Counted from the stretch's first letter, positions 27,085 through 41,454 are shown. The stretch: 64,000 nucleotides of DNA from Tubiluchus corallicola (GCA_030141605.1 JAQGDQ010000176.1:248001-312000); one strand, 5' to 3'. Notes: generated from the letters alone by a model not told the origin. Numbers and translations are program-made.

Positions 27085-29157
27085 GTAAGTCCTATTATTA
27101 ACACTGTTTAACGCTACCTACCTAACGTATATTACCACCTTGCCACTGTATAGGCTATTACACAGTGTTCCGCAGACTGCAGTCATTTATTCCAATGGTT
27201 CAATTGTTTGCTTGATGATCCGACAAACATATTTTGTAAAAGTTTAAATTATAAGGTACAATTTGCTTGTCGTGCCTGATTCTAACGTTAGATACGTAAC
27301 ATAAGATGTTTATTATAAAATTTATTTCATTGATGAAAAACAATTTTCCTTAGTTCTTTTATACAATGAAATATACCATTAATACATCTTATTGCTCCTT
27401 GGCTTATTTGTTAAGTGGTGTTTAATTGCTAGAATAATTACCGTGATGAACATTTCAAAGTAAAACGCATGTAAGCGCTATCCAAATTTTGCAATTATAC
27501 CTACCATTTAAAGTACTTTGTTAACTAAACAAGCACCAACACACATTCTCTGCAATTCACCATTAATTAAAGTAAAATAAGGCGATAAAACGCGCTCAAA
27601 TTAGTTTTTCAAACAGGCTTAAATACCCAAAAACCAGGAAATAGACCTTCTCGAGTGTGAGAATAGCATAAAAAGTTCATAACACAGCATGGAATGTAAC
27701 AGCTCAAATGTAGAAATAACGTGAGAAAATAAAAGCGAAGTATTAAAAAAGTTAATTACACAAGTCTACAAATCTGAAAAATATTTTTCCTATATACCAT
27801 TCATAATATAGCAGTAATATGTAGTAATCCAACTGTGATATTATTCTATGTAAAGGTCTGTAGTTTCAAATAACAGAGGCGTTTAAAAAAATAGACAGAA
27901 CGCAATTCATAAAATTGTTTAAGTGGCAATTCGACGTTTCATTCAGTTGCTCATTTCACAATTTCATTACCAAAGTACCAAATCAAATGCTACTGACTAA
28001 AACTAAAGCACGTCAAGCAAACTTAAACTCTAAGGTAATCGGAATAAATTTGATAAAGTTACTTTTGTTTATTGACGGCCTGTAAATTGTTTTCAGGGGC
28101 ATGTTGTAGTGCATCAACCGACAATTTGTCTCCAGTTTCACTTAACTGAATCTTTCTGTCATCTCCAGAAAGCCAACTAAAAGTATAAAGAAGCTGAAAA
28201 TGGGCGAAAATTGTATCAAACGCAGTGCAATGCGTCAGTTTCCTTGCATGTCACAAATAATTTATACCTTCTGAGATCACAAATTCCTGTGCCATTTTAT
28301 CCGTTATATCTTTGAAAAGATGCGGCATAAAACACATTAAGGTTTGTGAGATGAGCTTAATATCTATGACAAGTTTATAATGTGCACTGCGCATGTACGG
28401 GAACGATAGCTGATGGTTTTTGTATGACTTTATTTCTTTGTTTGGCGCAGAATGAATGTTATATATTTTTATGGCTCAAAACATTACGTGAATTACTGAA
28501 ACGTCCTTTTGCAGTTTCTTTTGGATTTCATAGTGGTTTTTTAGTATTAATCGCCTAGATGGTTGAAATTCAGCCTGTTAGACACTTCAACGTTTGTATG
28601 AAGCTCACAGTAACTCACAACAATTATCTAGGTTAATCTACAACCAAGAGAAAAACTAAAATTGTGTCTTATGGGTGTCTTGCAATAGACGGCTCAGCCA
28701 GCCGCTCTGTAACGTCACTTTTCAAATGCCTTTAATAATAGGCTTCAGAGCATTACTGACGTCACGCAATGCATGTGTCACTGAGTTAGCCTTTGTAAGC
28801 TCTGTAAAAGTACATTCGTAAACTGCCTTTGTAAAACACGTCGAATCCTTCAATTGCCTGAACGCTAAAGTACGTTTACATTTCTCCCCTCTTACAACAT
28901 TTCCCTCCCGAGCTAGTCCTAAGAAGTTATTACCGCACGAATATCACTGTCACATCAAAGCAAGATACAAGAGGGTCTTAAGACAAACCTCACGTCGCAG
29001 AGTTTAGATTGTTTGTGTTTTGTATTAGAGGTTTGATGCTTGCTTGTTGTTTGACTTTACTATGCTGTTGATGGTGCACTTCAAGCAGAAAATTGCTATA
29101 ACGCAACGAACTACTCTTGTTAACTCACCTTAAGAAGCATGTATAATTGTGTATATT

Positions 29158-29691
29158 CAGGGTGTTTCAGAAGTCACTCGCTAATTTGATTTTCAATTTT
29201 ATTTCTCACTAATCGACTAACGATATTCATCTTGAAGTAAACTCTTAATCTATATTTGGTGTTCTTGTCCTATTTTCTTCTGCTGTCATGCTGATATAGA
29301 GCACACGTGTAAAATCGCATGTGCTCCTCGCTCGACGGATACACCGTACAATGTCTTTTTGTCAGGCTACATTAAGAACAAAGTGTACGCCACCAACCTG
29401 CGAGACCTTCCTTGACTAAAAGAACGGATGTGGGTGCATGTGCTTCTGCTACTCCCGAATTGTTGTCCAATGTCGATTGGCTAAGAATGCGCAAAAAAGT
29501 GGTTTGGCTTTTTTCAAGAAAAGGTGACGCTGACTTTCAGGTGTACTAGTGACTTTACAAATGAAGCCAAGTTTGATGCCACCAAGGTTCTCATGAATCA
29601 TAGACTCGGGAACCAAACTGTCATGTGGTTCCTCTTGCATTGCTATTTTAGCATTTTTTTAAAAATAATGATGGACTTACGAAACACCCTG
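29158..29691 (+). mobile_element. Non-autonomous Tc1/mariner-superfamily element with decayed transposase C-terminus
   Basis: TIRs CAGGGTGTTTCAGAAGTC and GACTTACGAAACACCCTG; internal 29325-29430 reads PRSTD.TPYNVFLSGYIKNKVYATNLRDLP*LKERM (cf. PRSPDLTP.DFFLWGY.K.KVY motif). Confidence 0.85.
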
Positions 29692-32600
29692 TGCATCTAA
29701 TGGCACCCAGTTAGTATAATATATAGTGCGGGAAAGTCAGTTCGTTGAGCAATACTTTCACTCAGTAGTAGTATATGTGTGTGATCATCGTGATGTGTAT
29801 CTCAGTGGCATTTCTATTGTATTCTTGCACGTTGTGTGATGGATACTTGTTGTTTTGTTATAGATGTTACTGTAGGTGTGACCTCAAGTTAAAGGAAGCC
29901 AAAGAGAACAGCGACGACCGCTTTGATGACCACGACTTGATGCCGCAAGACTCCTCCTCACGATTCTGGTCAGCATAATCTAATATCCTGCTAAATTAAT
30001 CAACTTTTTATGCCAATAAGTGTGCTTGCATGCGTTTTAAATCCCGGCTTGACAAACTTATTGGTGTGAGTTTCTTTTCTAGCGCCAGTCTGATACCATT
30101 TAATGTACACAAACCCGTGCTTCAAAAAGAGTGCACGGCGTTATATTTAACTTATATCACTTTCCTAAAGAGCTTCATTAGTCATTTGTGATAAAATAAA
30201 ACAACCTGAAACTACAACCCCCCGCCCACTTTTGGGTGGATAACATGTGCACATTGAAAAGTCCACATTGCCATCTGTATTAAAGCCGAGCGGCGAAACG
30301 TTTTTGCAGGGGATAGTAATAGGTGCACTTTTTTAAATTGATAATTATGCCAGTGACAGTTGAATAAAAACCTGCACTGCTGCCGAGCTTGCTGGATGGC
30401 TCACTCATAAGTCGCTATAATAGTAGATCGCGCACCATTTGTGCAATTTTTTAAGATAATTCGAAAAACCTTTTTTGAGGCGCATACCATTTTCCAATAA
30501 CTGATTGCGGCTTTTTAACATTTATTAAACCAAACTATGCGCCGCTCGCTATAGCATTATTTTATTCTTCCTAGTCCTTTTTGCAAAAAGAAAATTAATT
30601 AAAATGAGACTAATCTATAGGACTGCAAACCTTTGCGCAAAAAAATTGCATTTTATGCAGTAGCGTTGGAAACGGGAGATTAATTTACACAACGTAATCT
30701 CATCAGTGCAGTATTTAATGATTAATTTGCAACATGGCCGTCATTCCATTTAAACGAAAATTACCTGCAGCTCCTGCACGGTGCGTCTGTATAATGAACA
30801 TTCATCATCTTCAATAAGACGATTTCCATTACTGGTTGTTTAATTAAAAATCGCTGATCCGTGGATTATATGAAGTAAGCCTATAGAAGATTTATTCTGG
30901 ATGAATTGAGACTGTCAAACTGAGAAATTGCGACAGCGAATATTAAAACTCTGGTATATTCGCGATATATTTTAAAGCCACTGGCGATATAGTTTGAAAG
31001 ATTTTGTGAACCTATTATATGCTATTGTTTCGAAGCTGAAGTAAATCTGCATGCCTATAACCTTTTCAAGAATTTTAAATTTTGTACTATAAAAGACTCA
31101 GGTAGAAGATGCTTTTATAGCAATCAGGGAAGGCCTTCTATGGTGTAATAGTTGTCCGATTCCCCTACAATTGTTAGACAATATCAAGTGCAGTTATTTT
31201 GGCCTTTCGTGGTTTTTAAGTAAATTATATATAGTAAAGACAAAAAATAATAATAAGAAAAAGAAGAACGACGAAGAAGGAGGAGAAGAAAGAGTAGACG
31301 GAGGCGGAGTAGGAAGAGGAGGCGTAGGACAATAACCGTGGTTTATTCTTGTAATGAAATCACCAGACCAAATTTTTACACTGACAGATCTGTGCGTGGG
31401 TGCGTGCGTGCATAAATTTAGTCAACACGCATATTACGAGTAACTTTTATATTAATCATATTGTATGAATTAAATTAACCTAAACTAAAGGCTAAAAAAC
31501 ATAAAACCGCCAAGAATACCATTTAAAAACAAAAGTTTTTGAATAAATCGAACAACACTGAAAATTTTGCAGTTAAATATTTAACTGAATATAAAATAGT
31601 TACAGGAGAGGTTTAATTACAAAGACTTCCCTTCTGATAATTTGAAATTAGATAACTGTGGTAGTTTTCATATTACAATACATACATGTGTTTCATAGCT
31701 GATTTTTCAATGTTGAGAGTTATGTCGACATGGCTATGGCACACAAAACTTTCCATAGTCTTGCAATTACAAACTTTTGTTCACAAATTTATGGTTCTTC
31801 GAAGAACCGAAGTTTTGTTTTAGTTGTTCGAAAATGGCCCGAGTTTGAGGCCGAAACGTTGCAAAGATAATATTCTCTGTAAAATTGTTAAAAACAAATT
31901 TTGACAAAATGTCAATTCGGTGAGCATTGTTTTTAACTTTCTTCCAATTTTAAGATTTTAGAGCAATCAAGGTAGTTAGGGTTAACAATTGCAAAGGAGA
32001 ACCATAATTTGCAATAAGGATTTATATTGGAGATATCACATCAAGTTTAATTTGTCAGAAATAAAACCATAAAATCGGCTGCTGCTGCTTCGCTTTTTTA
32101 TTGCACCGTAAACCCGAAAAACACCAAGAACTAATGAAGATAAACCTGGCCAAAGACATGTATTTTCTTGTCAGTTAAAGTAAAATCTCAGCTTTGGGAT
32201 ATGTAATAAAACAAAATCAAACTCACGTTAGTATCACGTGTTTATTATATTATGGCTTCAGACGTAAGTTTACTTTTTATTGCGTTTCAGTTTCAGTACC
32301 TGACTGACTATAAAATAAGTCAGGGTACATCATTTGACATCATTTGCCCTGGGAGCGGGCATGCATACCTGTAAACACGTGACGTACACCTTTATACCGT
32401 TTTACTACTCTGATAAAACAATTTTTACAAATTTATACCTTAAGCTAAATGATTATGCTGAAACAAAGCTAAACCGTGCGTGGAACTATTCCGATCGAAT
32501 CACTTATTCCTTTTTAGCGTATTAATGTTAAAGAAACATGAATTAGGTCCCAGAAATTATATTGCTAAGACATCATTAATATTGTTAACCTGAGTTGATA

Positions 32601-34329
32601 AAAAACTAATTAACGTAATGTAACAGCCCACTAACACATTATGTTTAGTAGAATTTAATGTAGGTCTAATGTGAATAATTGTGTAACGAACCTGTACCTC
32701 AATTATACTAGCGAGTGCAGAATATTAGAAAATTTTTAAGGTATCAAATGTAATTTTCGTTTACCTAGTGTGAAACAAATTTGGGATTTTTTCCATTTTT
32801 TATTTAAATAATTGAATTTTTCTTGATTTATGTGTAAATTCAAAAATAAGTTAATGCATTTAGTGATTTTAAAAATTTAAATTACATATGTCCGTTCGTC
32901 TCTATTTTAAATAGCGATCACAATTCTTGTTGTTTATTGACTAAAGTAGAAACTGCTCATATTCCTGCTAATTAGGGCCTACTGTACGCTCACAAAGCAA
33001 TACAACCTTCTCGAAGTATCTTCTATCTTTATTTTATCTTTTATTATACATGACTTTTTGCTGTTATTCTCTTTGTAAATGGTATTTTTCGTCATTACTA
33101 GCTGTGATGTAAATGATATTTCATATTGTAGATCAACAAAAGGTATCTCAACAGTGAAGATTCACTGTATATGAGAAAAAACAACGAGCAAAACTATATT
33201 CCTAAGTTCAAAATCTGTTAGCATTCATAATAACCTTTGCTAATGATGTCGACATATTTTTTGTTTATACATTTTCAACCGACCTTTTTATTACGCATAT
33301 AGGAGAAAGTAAACATGTTTTCCATCACACTTGTTTTTAAATGATGCTTGCATTTGTTATTCTTTACGGCTTCACGGTCATTCGGAAACACGTACGCGAT
33401 TTTTAATGAGAAAGCAGATTAATTTCTCGCTAGAAAATGAGCTGAAAAACAAAAAAGTGTTTTCTAGCTTGCTGATCGAGCGTTCTGGTAAAATTGTTTA
33501 ATTTAAACCCGCTGATAAACCCACGTCGCATTACTGCATGTATCGCGTTCGGTCGGTTTTGCTTTTCTTCTAGCCTTTGGCAAAATACGCCGTTAATGAA
33601 GGGGCGTTAGTGAGGCGTATCCGCTCTACGAATTGACTGTAGCGGGGTGAGTCGTGCGTGCTTAATTTCTACGCATTTCAAATCCACTTATCTAAAAATC
33701 ACTTTTCTAAAGAAAATGTGTTTTAAAAATTAAGAAAAACACAGTAGGAGTGAGTGCGATGATATAACTTAATCAGATTCGTGGAAATTTATTTGAGGTT
33801 GTAAGATATAATGCAGTTCACAGAACACTGGCTTTGCTTACGATTGTAAGCGACTTTTACTGAAGTGGTTCTATATCCTCTCTGCACAATCTGATTCTAT
33901 ATCTATTTCTTATGTTCTTACTAAGTTCTGCATAAAATATGTCACAAACAGCGGCCGTATAATACAATTGTTTTTACATCTTGCCTAGAATGGTGGACGT
34001 GGACGTGCAGGTTTATATTTACCCGTTATTCTTTTCTGGTTTGTTGGCAAATTATGGTTATTAATACTATAATAACAGGTTGCTTATATTTCCGGTTGTG
34101 CATGTCTTAAATCAGCATTTCGAGTGCTAAATGAGAATTTAAATTTCAAAAGGAAGATTAGACAACGTGCAACTGCGCTGCACTTCAAAGATTTTACTAT
34201 TAAAATTAATTGCGTTAATTAGCCGTTTTGAGGAATTACTACAGTTTAAATGAGCCAGAATTATAACTTCGCAATAATAAGCGTGAAAATAAACGGAGCT
34301 CTTCTGAGAGCTGCCATGATCATAATCGT

Positions 34330-34427
34330 AAAGAAGACAAAGTGCCCATTAAGTCTAAAAAAATTTTATTCTTCATCTCGTGAAAATAAACAAATATTTG
34401 AGACTTAATGGGCACTTTGTCTTCTTT
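34330..34427. repeat. Perfect 27-bp inverted repeat forming a ~98-nt hairpin
   Basis: AAAGAAGACAAAGTGCCCATTAAGTCT (34330-34356) and AGACTTAATGGGCACTTTGTCTTCTTT (34401-34427). Confidence 0.95.
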
Positions 34428-35597
34428 CGTAATAATAAGCATAATATAATTTCTTTTCGGTTAATATAATATTCTCAATATTGTCATAACAAGTGTCACA
34501 GAAATCCCAAATTTAGCTAATACTTAGATAAATCATAAAAATATTAATCTAGGCCACAGTTTGATTCCGGGCGGTTTTTATTATTTAATGCGCGAGCTTA
34601 TGTAGGTCTGTTGTAGGGCTGATAGACTTAAAACGTGACCTTTACTCTAATGCCATAAAATATAATAAATGAGCGTAGGTGAAGCGTACCGATTATGTTA
34701 TTAGCAATCAATAATAAATTAACTGGGCAATCATGAAGTGAAAGGCTTCGAGAAAATCTGTCTAATAACGCCGTTTTTATTATAATAATAAATTGATGAA
34801 TTAAATTTTTAGCAAGTCTTCTGAATGACCTTTTGAGCGTTTTGCCTGTAATAATAATTCGTGTAAAGCTGCCAAGCAGTATCCGTCAATTCCGCATTTT
34901 GTAGACTTAAATTAAGTGCCCTATAGGAAAAGAATAAGCGATTGAAGTGAATTTGTGCATTTACAAGTTTTCTGTCTTAATAATGGCTAGCTATTAACAT
35001 AGTTAACATAACAGCTAGTTAATAATAACTAACAACAAGGTGCAGCTTGTTACGCAGTGGCCTATCTAGTTGTCTAAATTCTCCGCGATATGTGTTTCTG
35101 AGATTGCTCGAGTTTGCCTGATTTTGCTACTCCTTTGGTTAATTCCACGAATTGACGCTTTAAAAGCTCACGAGACCTTATATTAAGGTTTTCTAAACCA
35201 GCTCGGAGACCACGTTATCTGTTAGTCCAAGAAAAACTCTAGAGGCCATTAAAGCTTATGTGAAGATTATAGTATTCGACACACTAAAGCCGCAATGAAG
35301 TCGGTTTTACGAAACACAAAAATTGTCTTTCATTCTAAGTGTCTCGTTCTTGTGAGACACTGCGAACTTGTCAATTACTTGTCAATCACAGTTTTTTTTA
35401 TCTCATATTGTCTTGTTTGGGAAAATTTTTGTAGAAAAAACTACTAGACGAGTTCTTCAAATGATTAGTCTTAAAACTGACAATTTACATGTACTTCTGA
35501 AATAAGCAATACGTTAATTATCAGTGCAACTAAGCCCGCCAATGTACATAATTGTTCATTTTGGATAACACTTGTGCTATTAATATTTCATTTATAG

Positions 35598-35809
35598 TTG
35601 TGTAGATGTAGACATGGTGGAAGTTTCAACGTTCATCAACGGTGATAAGGCAGATATTGATGACTACTGTGGAAGTTTGAAGGAGCCAAAAATTCAAGTT
35701 ATGTCTAACGGTCCCAAGATGATCGTCACATTCCGCTCGTTCAGTTCCGCAGGAGCCGTGTCGAAAGACACTCACCGTGGTTTCAAAGCTAACTTTAATT
35801 TTGTAACAA
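35598..35809 (+). CDS. CUB-domain protein exon, CUB1 C-half
   Basis: TTTATAG|..CVDVDMVEVSTFINGDKADIDDYCGSLKEPKIQVMSNGPKMIVTFRSFSSAGAVSKDTHRGFKANFNFVT..|GTAAGT; phase 2-1; YCG and GF.A.F CUB motifs. Confidence 0.93.
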
Positions 35810-35844
35810 GTAAGTATGGGACTGCATCAGACATTATTATACCG

Positions 35845-36666
35845 AATGTAGGAAAGTTTGGTACAAGTAAGTTTGTTGCAGGTAAATTTGGTAAAAGAAA
35901 TTTTTAATACATGGAAATTTTGGTATAGGTAAATTTCGTACCAAAATCTGTAGGTACAAAGACTGTAATAGGGAATGTTTTCCTTGGTATTATAGCAATA
36001 TAATAACAGGGATGTTTAGTACTAAGAAAGTGTGGCACAAGGAAATTTTGGTGCAAAGAAAATATGGTACCAGGAAAAATTCGCACTAGGAAAGTTTGTA
36101 CTGGAAAATTTGGTACTAAGCAGAAAAGAGAGCGTTTTTGTATCTCATTATAAAATAATTACAACAACAACAACAGAAGAACAAATGTAACAGCGATGAC
36201 AGCAATGATGACGATGATGATGATAATGATGGTGAAGATAATGATGATGCTGGTGATGATGATAACAAAACAGCATGTAAGAAACAAACCTAACTAACGC
36301 GCAAACAATGAACAATAACAGCAACAACATCAGCAACAACAACAACAACAGCAGCAGCAGCAGCAGAAACAACGACGACAACAACAATAGCTGCGGCAAC
36401 AAAACAACAGCTCTAATGGCAACATCAGGAACAGCAATGATGTATAACAGCAACATCAACAGCAATAAAACAACGATGTGAATTGTGAATGTAGCAATGA
36501 CAACAACAACCACGATGCGGAGGAGGACAACAAAAACGTCAGGCAAGAAACAAACATACAAGAACAACAGCAAGAGCAACTACAAGAGCATCAGCAGCAC
36601 AATTCCCCAGAATAAATTTACCTGTACCAATCTTACTGCGCACCGCTTCGACCATATACCTGTTTG
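35845..36666. mobile_element. Probable foldback-like element: ~15-bp GGAAATTTTGGTACA array, internal AAC/GAT/CAG microsatellites, short complementary right end
   Basis: Units such as GGAAAGTTTGGTACA, GGTAAATTTGGTAAA and GGAAAATTTGGTACT at 35851-36117; reverse motif AAATTTACCTGTACCAATCTTAC at ~36614-36636. Confidence 0.5.
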
Positions 36667-37408
36667 AAAAAGTGATCATGAATCATATGAGTCATGATAC
36701 ACCTTCACCAAAGACTAAACAACACAGTTTAAAGTATCGTTTAGTATAGTTCTTTTAGTATCGTTTTTTCATATTACGTTTTTGGAAAGTGTACAATTTT
36801 GTAATAATCTTATTACCTTTAATCACATCAAGATATAATTTTTTTTATATGTACAGACCTCTCGTACGCATAACCATTATTTAAATTGAACTAGTATAAC
36901 AGTTCAGCTATAACTATAAACGTATGTTAAGAAAACTATAGGCCTACTTTTTTTGAAGCGTTAAACGTGAGACAATCCTATCTTTTTACTAATTATCTAA
37001 CAGTTGAGTTTCTGATGCAATACAAGTGGCAAACATTTGTTCAGTTTAGGTTTTTAGTTATTTCTGTTTAGTACAAACTACAAAAGCTGCTTTATACTAG
37101 TAACTACTAGTATGAGTTTTCAAAGGAATTCGTGCAAACGTGTGTATTCATAAACAGTGTCACATTGAGCAAAACTAACCTTAATGATTGCTGATTGAAT
37201 TTATTTGGCAAAGCCCTTTTCATCTATTCCGACTGCTGCAGCAGCCCTTGTGTATTAAATTCACCTCCTTGTCCTTCTGGTACATATTAGATTAAAATTG
37301 TTAGTTAGTATAAAACGTACAAAATGAATTTTAGCTTGAAAATGCTTTCATACGCTCAACATGCTCGTAGCTATAACCACTGTTCGTCTCCATTTGTATT
37401 TGTTTCAG

Positions 37409-37622
37409 ATTTTGGTATACTAAGTGGTGAACCAGCCCTTCACTCAACGTGTGGATTTATCTACAATAGTACGCAGACTAAAAACGGCACCTTCAATTCT
37501 CCGAATTGGCCGGGTCGTTATCCACGTAACACCGAGTGCACTTACTATTTTTACGCACGTATTAATCCGCCGGAGGTAGTGCGGCTATCCTTCCAACATT
37601 TCGATGTTGAAGGAATATATCC
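37409..37622 (+). CDS. CUB-domain protein exon, CUB2 N-half
   Basis: TTTCAG|..FGILSGEPALHSTCGFIYNSTQTKNGTFNSPNWPGRYPRNTECTYYFYARINPPEVVRLSFQHFDVEGIY..|GTAAGT; phase 1-2. Confidence 0.94.
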
Positions 37623-38249
37623 GTAAGTAGACCTCAAACCTACATTAGTTGTAGGTAAATGATGAAGTGTGATTCGTTTTTGGATTGGGTACTGCAGAGA
37701 CTGTCCAGTAGTGCTGCTAATCTTCTGCCTGATGCAACGTACGCATTTATGTACTTAATACTAGAAATTGTGTTTACACAGTAGAACTTTGTCACGCGTC
37801 TATACAAAGCACAACACTTATTTAAAGCAAATGCAAGTTATTAGTGTTAAATCAAACTAAGGATATCGTGGCTGGTTACCACATATCTGCTGACATGTTT
37901 GCTGCACATATCAACGCATCAACACATCAAGCGACATATTGTTTACATCACATCAAGTATTGATCTGACATATACTAAGTTGCAGTTAAAATAATTTTCA
38001 TGTGGCGTACTAGCTGACATTTAGATCTTGAGTTTGTACTAGAAATCGAGTAGCAGATGACAGAGATGACAAACTCAATGAACGCCCTGGCATTCAGCGA
38101 CAAATTTGTGTGTTGAACCGAAGTCGATTGTTTGCATAGATTCTCTTTTACACACGATTACTTTAGAAAGATCCCAGACGAGCTACCATTAATTCTGTCC
38201 TTGTGGTTTAACATGTAACACACCAGAGGCTACAAGAACAAATGCTAAA

Positions 38250-38508
38250 TGTGATAATGATAACAATGATGATGATGGATGATGACTAATGATGACGGAT
38301 GACGATTACGGATGATGATAATGATAACGATGATGATGATGATGGTGGCGGTGGTGGTGATGATGATGATGATGATGATGACGACGGATGACGATTACGG
38401 ATAATGATAATGATAACGACGACGATGACGACGACGACGATGGTGGTGGTGGTGGTGATTGTGGTGATTGTGTGGTGGTGGTGATTATGATGATGATGAT
38501 GATGACGA
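38250..38508. repeat. (GAT/GAC/GGT)n trinucleotide tract
   Basis: Direct; explains the poly-His/Ser ORFs. Confidence 0.93.
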
Positions 38509-39914
38509 TTTTGATACTGGAACATAAAGTATATAACGACGTCATAACCTAGGCATATACGCTTCCTGTAAATGATAAGCAGCTCATTTTGGTGATTATT
38601 AGTTTCATTACTCAAACATATGTTGACATTCATTACAGTTTCGCTGCTTACAGTTAGGTATTCAGCATGTTCTAGCATACAAGCAAAACCCAGAATATGG
38701 CACATTAATTAGGATAATCAAGAATATCAAACAGTTTAAAAAATCTCCTGACTCCGCAGCATTCTCTCAGTACGCAAAATTATTCTCTTTCTCATAGAAA
38801 TAAGAAAGAAATAAGAAAAACTAGTAGCTGCCATCGTCCATCCACTTGCTAAGCACAGAGTTGTGCAATTGTTAAAATATATAAACTTTACACACATTTT
38901 AGATATTGTTGAATGTTTACTGCAACAATCAAAAGCCATTTTGAATTTTTAAAGTAAAAAATTAAAAAATTGCTGAAGAAGTTCTTAATATAGAATTCAA
39001 AAGCCCTAATTTATTTCACATTAATTATTATCACGTTTATGCACCCCCTAAGAATAACTTTGTTTATTTTCTCATATAGTGATTGTTGACTTTTCTTATA
39101 ATCTAGAACTTAGATGTTTTGCATTCTTGCAAAATGTAATTAGGGCACCGGTCTAGTTAATTAGCCTACAGAAAGTTGACGTAAAATTCGGCAGGAAATT
39201 GTTTTCCTGATTCATTTCCATCGCTTCCGGATGAACAAACGAAGGGAAAATTCAGTAAACACAAAACAAAATTTCTAAAATGCATTGAAAACCGTTTGAT
39301 AGCTTAAAACGTTACAAGTTTTAGAGACTGCAGCCAGTTATGGGAAACCATCCTAACTAAAGCGCAATTTAGGTCATTTTTGATTCATCGCGCAATAGTT
39401 TTAGACACCTGCATGATCTACTCTTATTAAGTTGGTAAACCAATTTACTAAAGTCATTTTGCCGTGCATGTTATCCTTGCAGAACCATAGATTGTTCATT
39501 ACTAGTGCACAGCGTAATTAGCTATTAATACATGGTCTTTGATGAATCCAAGTCGAAAGAATCCTCTTATAATAAGAACCTTCCCTTCCATGCAGACAGA
39601 AATATTGACCGGAAATTGGGAACGAAGCCGCGTAAATGGTTTTTCTCTTTCTTGTTGTTACACAAGAAGTCTTACAATTTGCAGAATCTATTTTACTTTC
39701 GTCTTTTCTAAGGAGCAATTATTATGTTTACTGACTATGACATGATTACTTTCCCATCTGCAAGAACAAAGCAAAAAAAACCTCCTATAAGTAGAAGGAG
39801 TTTGGTAGGTCACTGTATTATTGTCACTGAATATATTTACACAGCATAATTCAAATTAAAGGAAAAACCGGACCTAATCTTAAACTGCAACTCAAAACGA
39901 TCTAACCTATAAAG

Positions 39915-40036
39915 TATTGAAAGAGAACACATTGTTTTTTACTGCAATATTGAAAGAGAACACATTGTTTTTTACTGCAATATTGAAAGAGAACACATTG
40001 TTTTTTGAAAGAGAACACATTGTTTTTTACTGCAGT
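39915..40036. repeat. 33-bp minisatellite, ~3.7 copies
   Basis: TATTGAAAGAGAACACATTGTTTTTTACTGCAA repeated almost perfectly; third copy truncated. Confidence 0.95.
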
Positions 40037-40921
40037 ATGTGACGGGATTATTACCACAGTAACAGCGCGGCTAATTCTTCGCTCATTCATGCATTTTGCC
40101 ATTCTTTAGTTAGATGGGTAATAGCACCTGCATCTTAGAAACGCGTTGCACGAAAAATAAACGCTCTACCTCCCAGTTCAGTTGTAACGTAGCATCCACG
40201 TTCGACAGCTCATGCGTGAACACAGAGGTGAACTTGAAATTTAAATTTTTAAACTAAAAATTTGCCAGTTCTTTTGTATCACGTTAGATGTTGTACAGAA
40301 CTTCAATTTTCACTTTAGAACAACGATTTTGCAACACGCTCGTGGGGTGTTTGCGCTGTTGAAAATGTGCTTATGTTCGCTTATGACGTCATCATAGATA
40401 ATTTAGCTCCCAGGTCATAAACTAGGCTTTTAACTTATAATTTAATTACCAGAAATGCTTTAGCATTACTATAGGTATTAAAACATATACTACCAGAAAC
40501 ACTTAGACATTGTTATAGGTTACAAAAAGTACTTTTTACCATACTTCAAAGTGGCGTAGGATATGAAAAATCAGCCTTTTTCTTTTAAGTTACAAAAACA
40601 TGTAAGATTCGCCACTAATCACAAAGTCCTGACTAGGGCAGCATCGTTTAACGTGAGAGCTACTTTTGAAATTTGAGTTAAATCATGAGACACATACTAC
40701 CTTTGCTGTTTTCTCACCTACGTTCGAGTGGTGGCATTGGCAGCACCAACAGCAATGACAGCAGCAGCAGCAAGAATATCACTTGCAGCATTCTTTATCT
40801 TATTATTAATGCTATTATTATTGTTGAACTAAAATAAAAGTTCTCTGAACTAGAATTGTGGCTGCTCTTTTTGTGTAGGTTTGGCCAAATGAATTAATTT
40901 CCTCCTTGCAATTTATTACAG

Positions 40922-41121
40922 CTGTCTTGCGAAAACAGAGAGCGATTATGTGGAATTTTCCAACTTTGAAACGGTGGACCGGAAGTTACCGCGGTACTGT
41001 GGTAGAAACAAACCCGGAACCACCACTTCCGATGGAGATTACTTCCGAGTAACGTTTAAATCAAATTCAATATTTGACGGCTCAGGATTCGATGCAATGT
41101 ATCAATTTATACCCAAGGAAG
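40922..41121 (+). CDS. CUB-domain protein exon, CUB2 C-half
   Basis: TTACAG|..CLAKTESDYVEFSNFETVDRKLPRYCGRNKPGTTTSDGDYFRVTFKSNSIFDGSGFDAMYQFIPKE..|GTGAGT; phase 2-1. Confidence 0.94.
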
Positions 41122-41454
41122 GTGAGTTAGAAATTTTTTTCCCAATGTCATATTCCAGATTCTGACCAGTCTAATTGCAATTTGAAGCCATTTAGATGGA
41201 AAGTTATTAACCAGTCTAATAGGCAGTTGAAGCCATGTAGAATGGAAAATTAGATTACTGAGTAAGTACAGTTTAATTTTGCATGCAGCATAGTTGCGTT
41301 ATGGCTTCTTTAATTTGATAAGGAAATGTGCGTTTTTATTTTAATGTCTGCTGCATAAATGTCACATTGTGCGTTGATCGCGCTCCTCGTACTGCGCAAG
41401 CTCACTATAGTTGCCAAATCTGCATTTTACTATCCCACAATAGACTATTAGATG

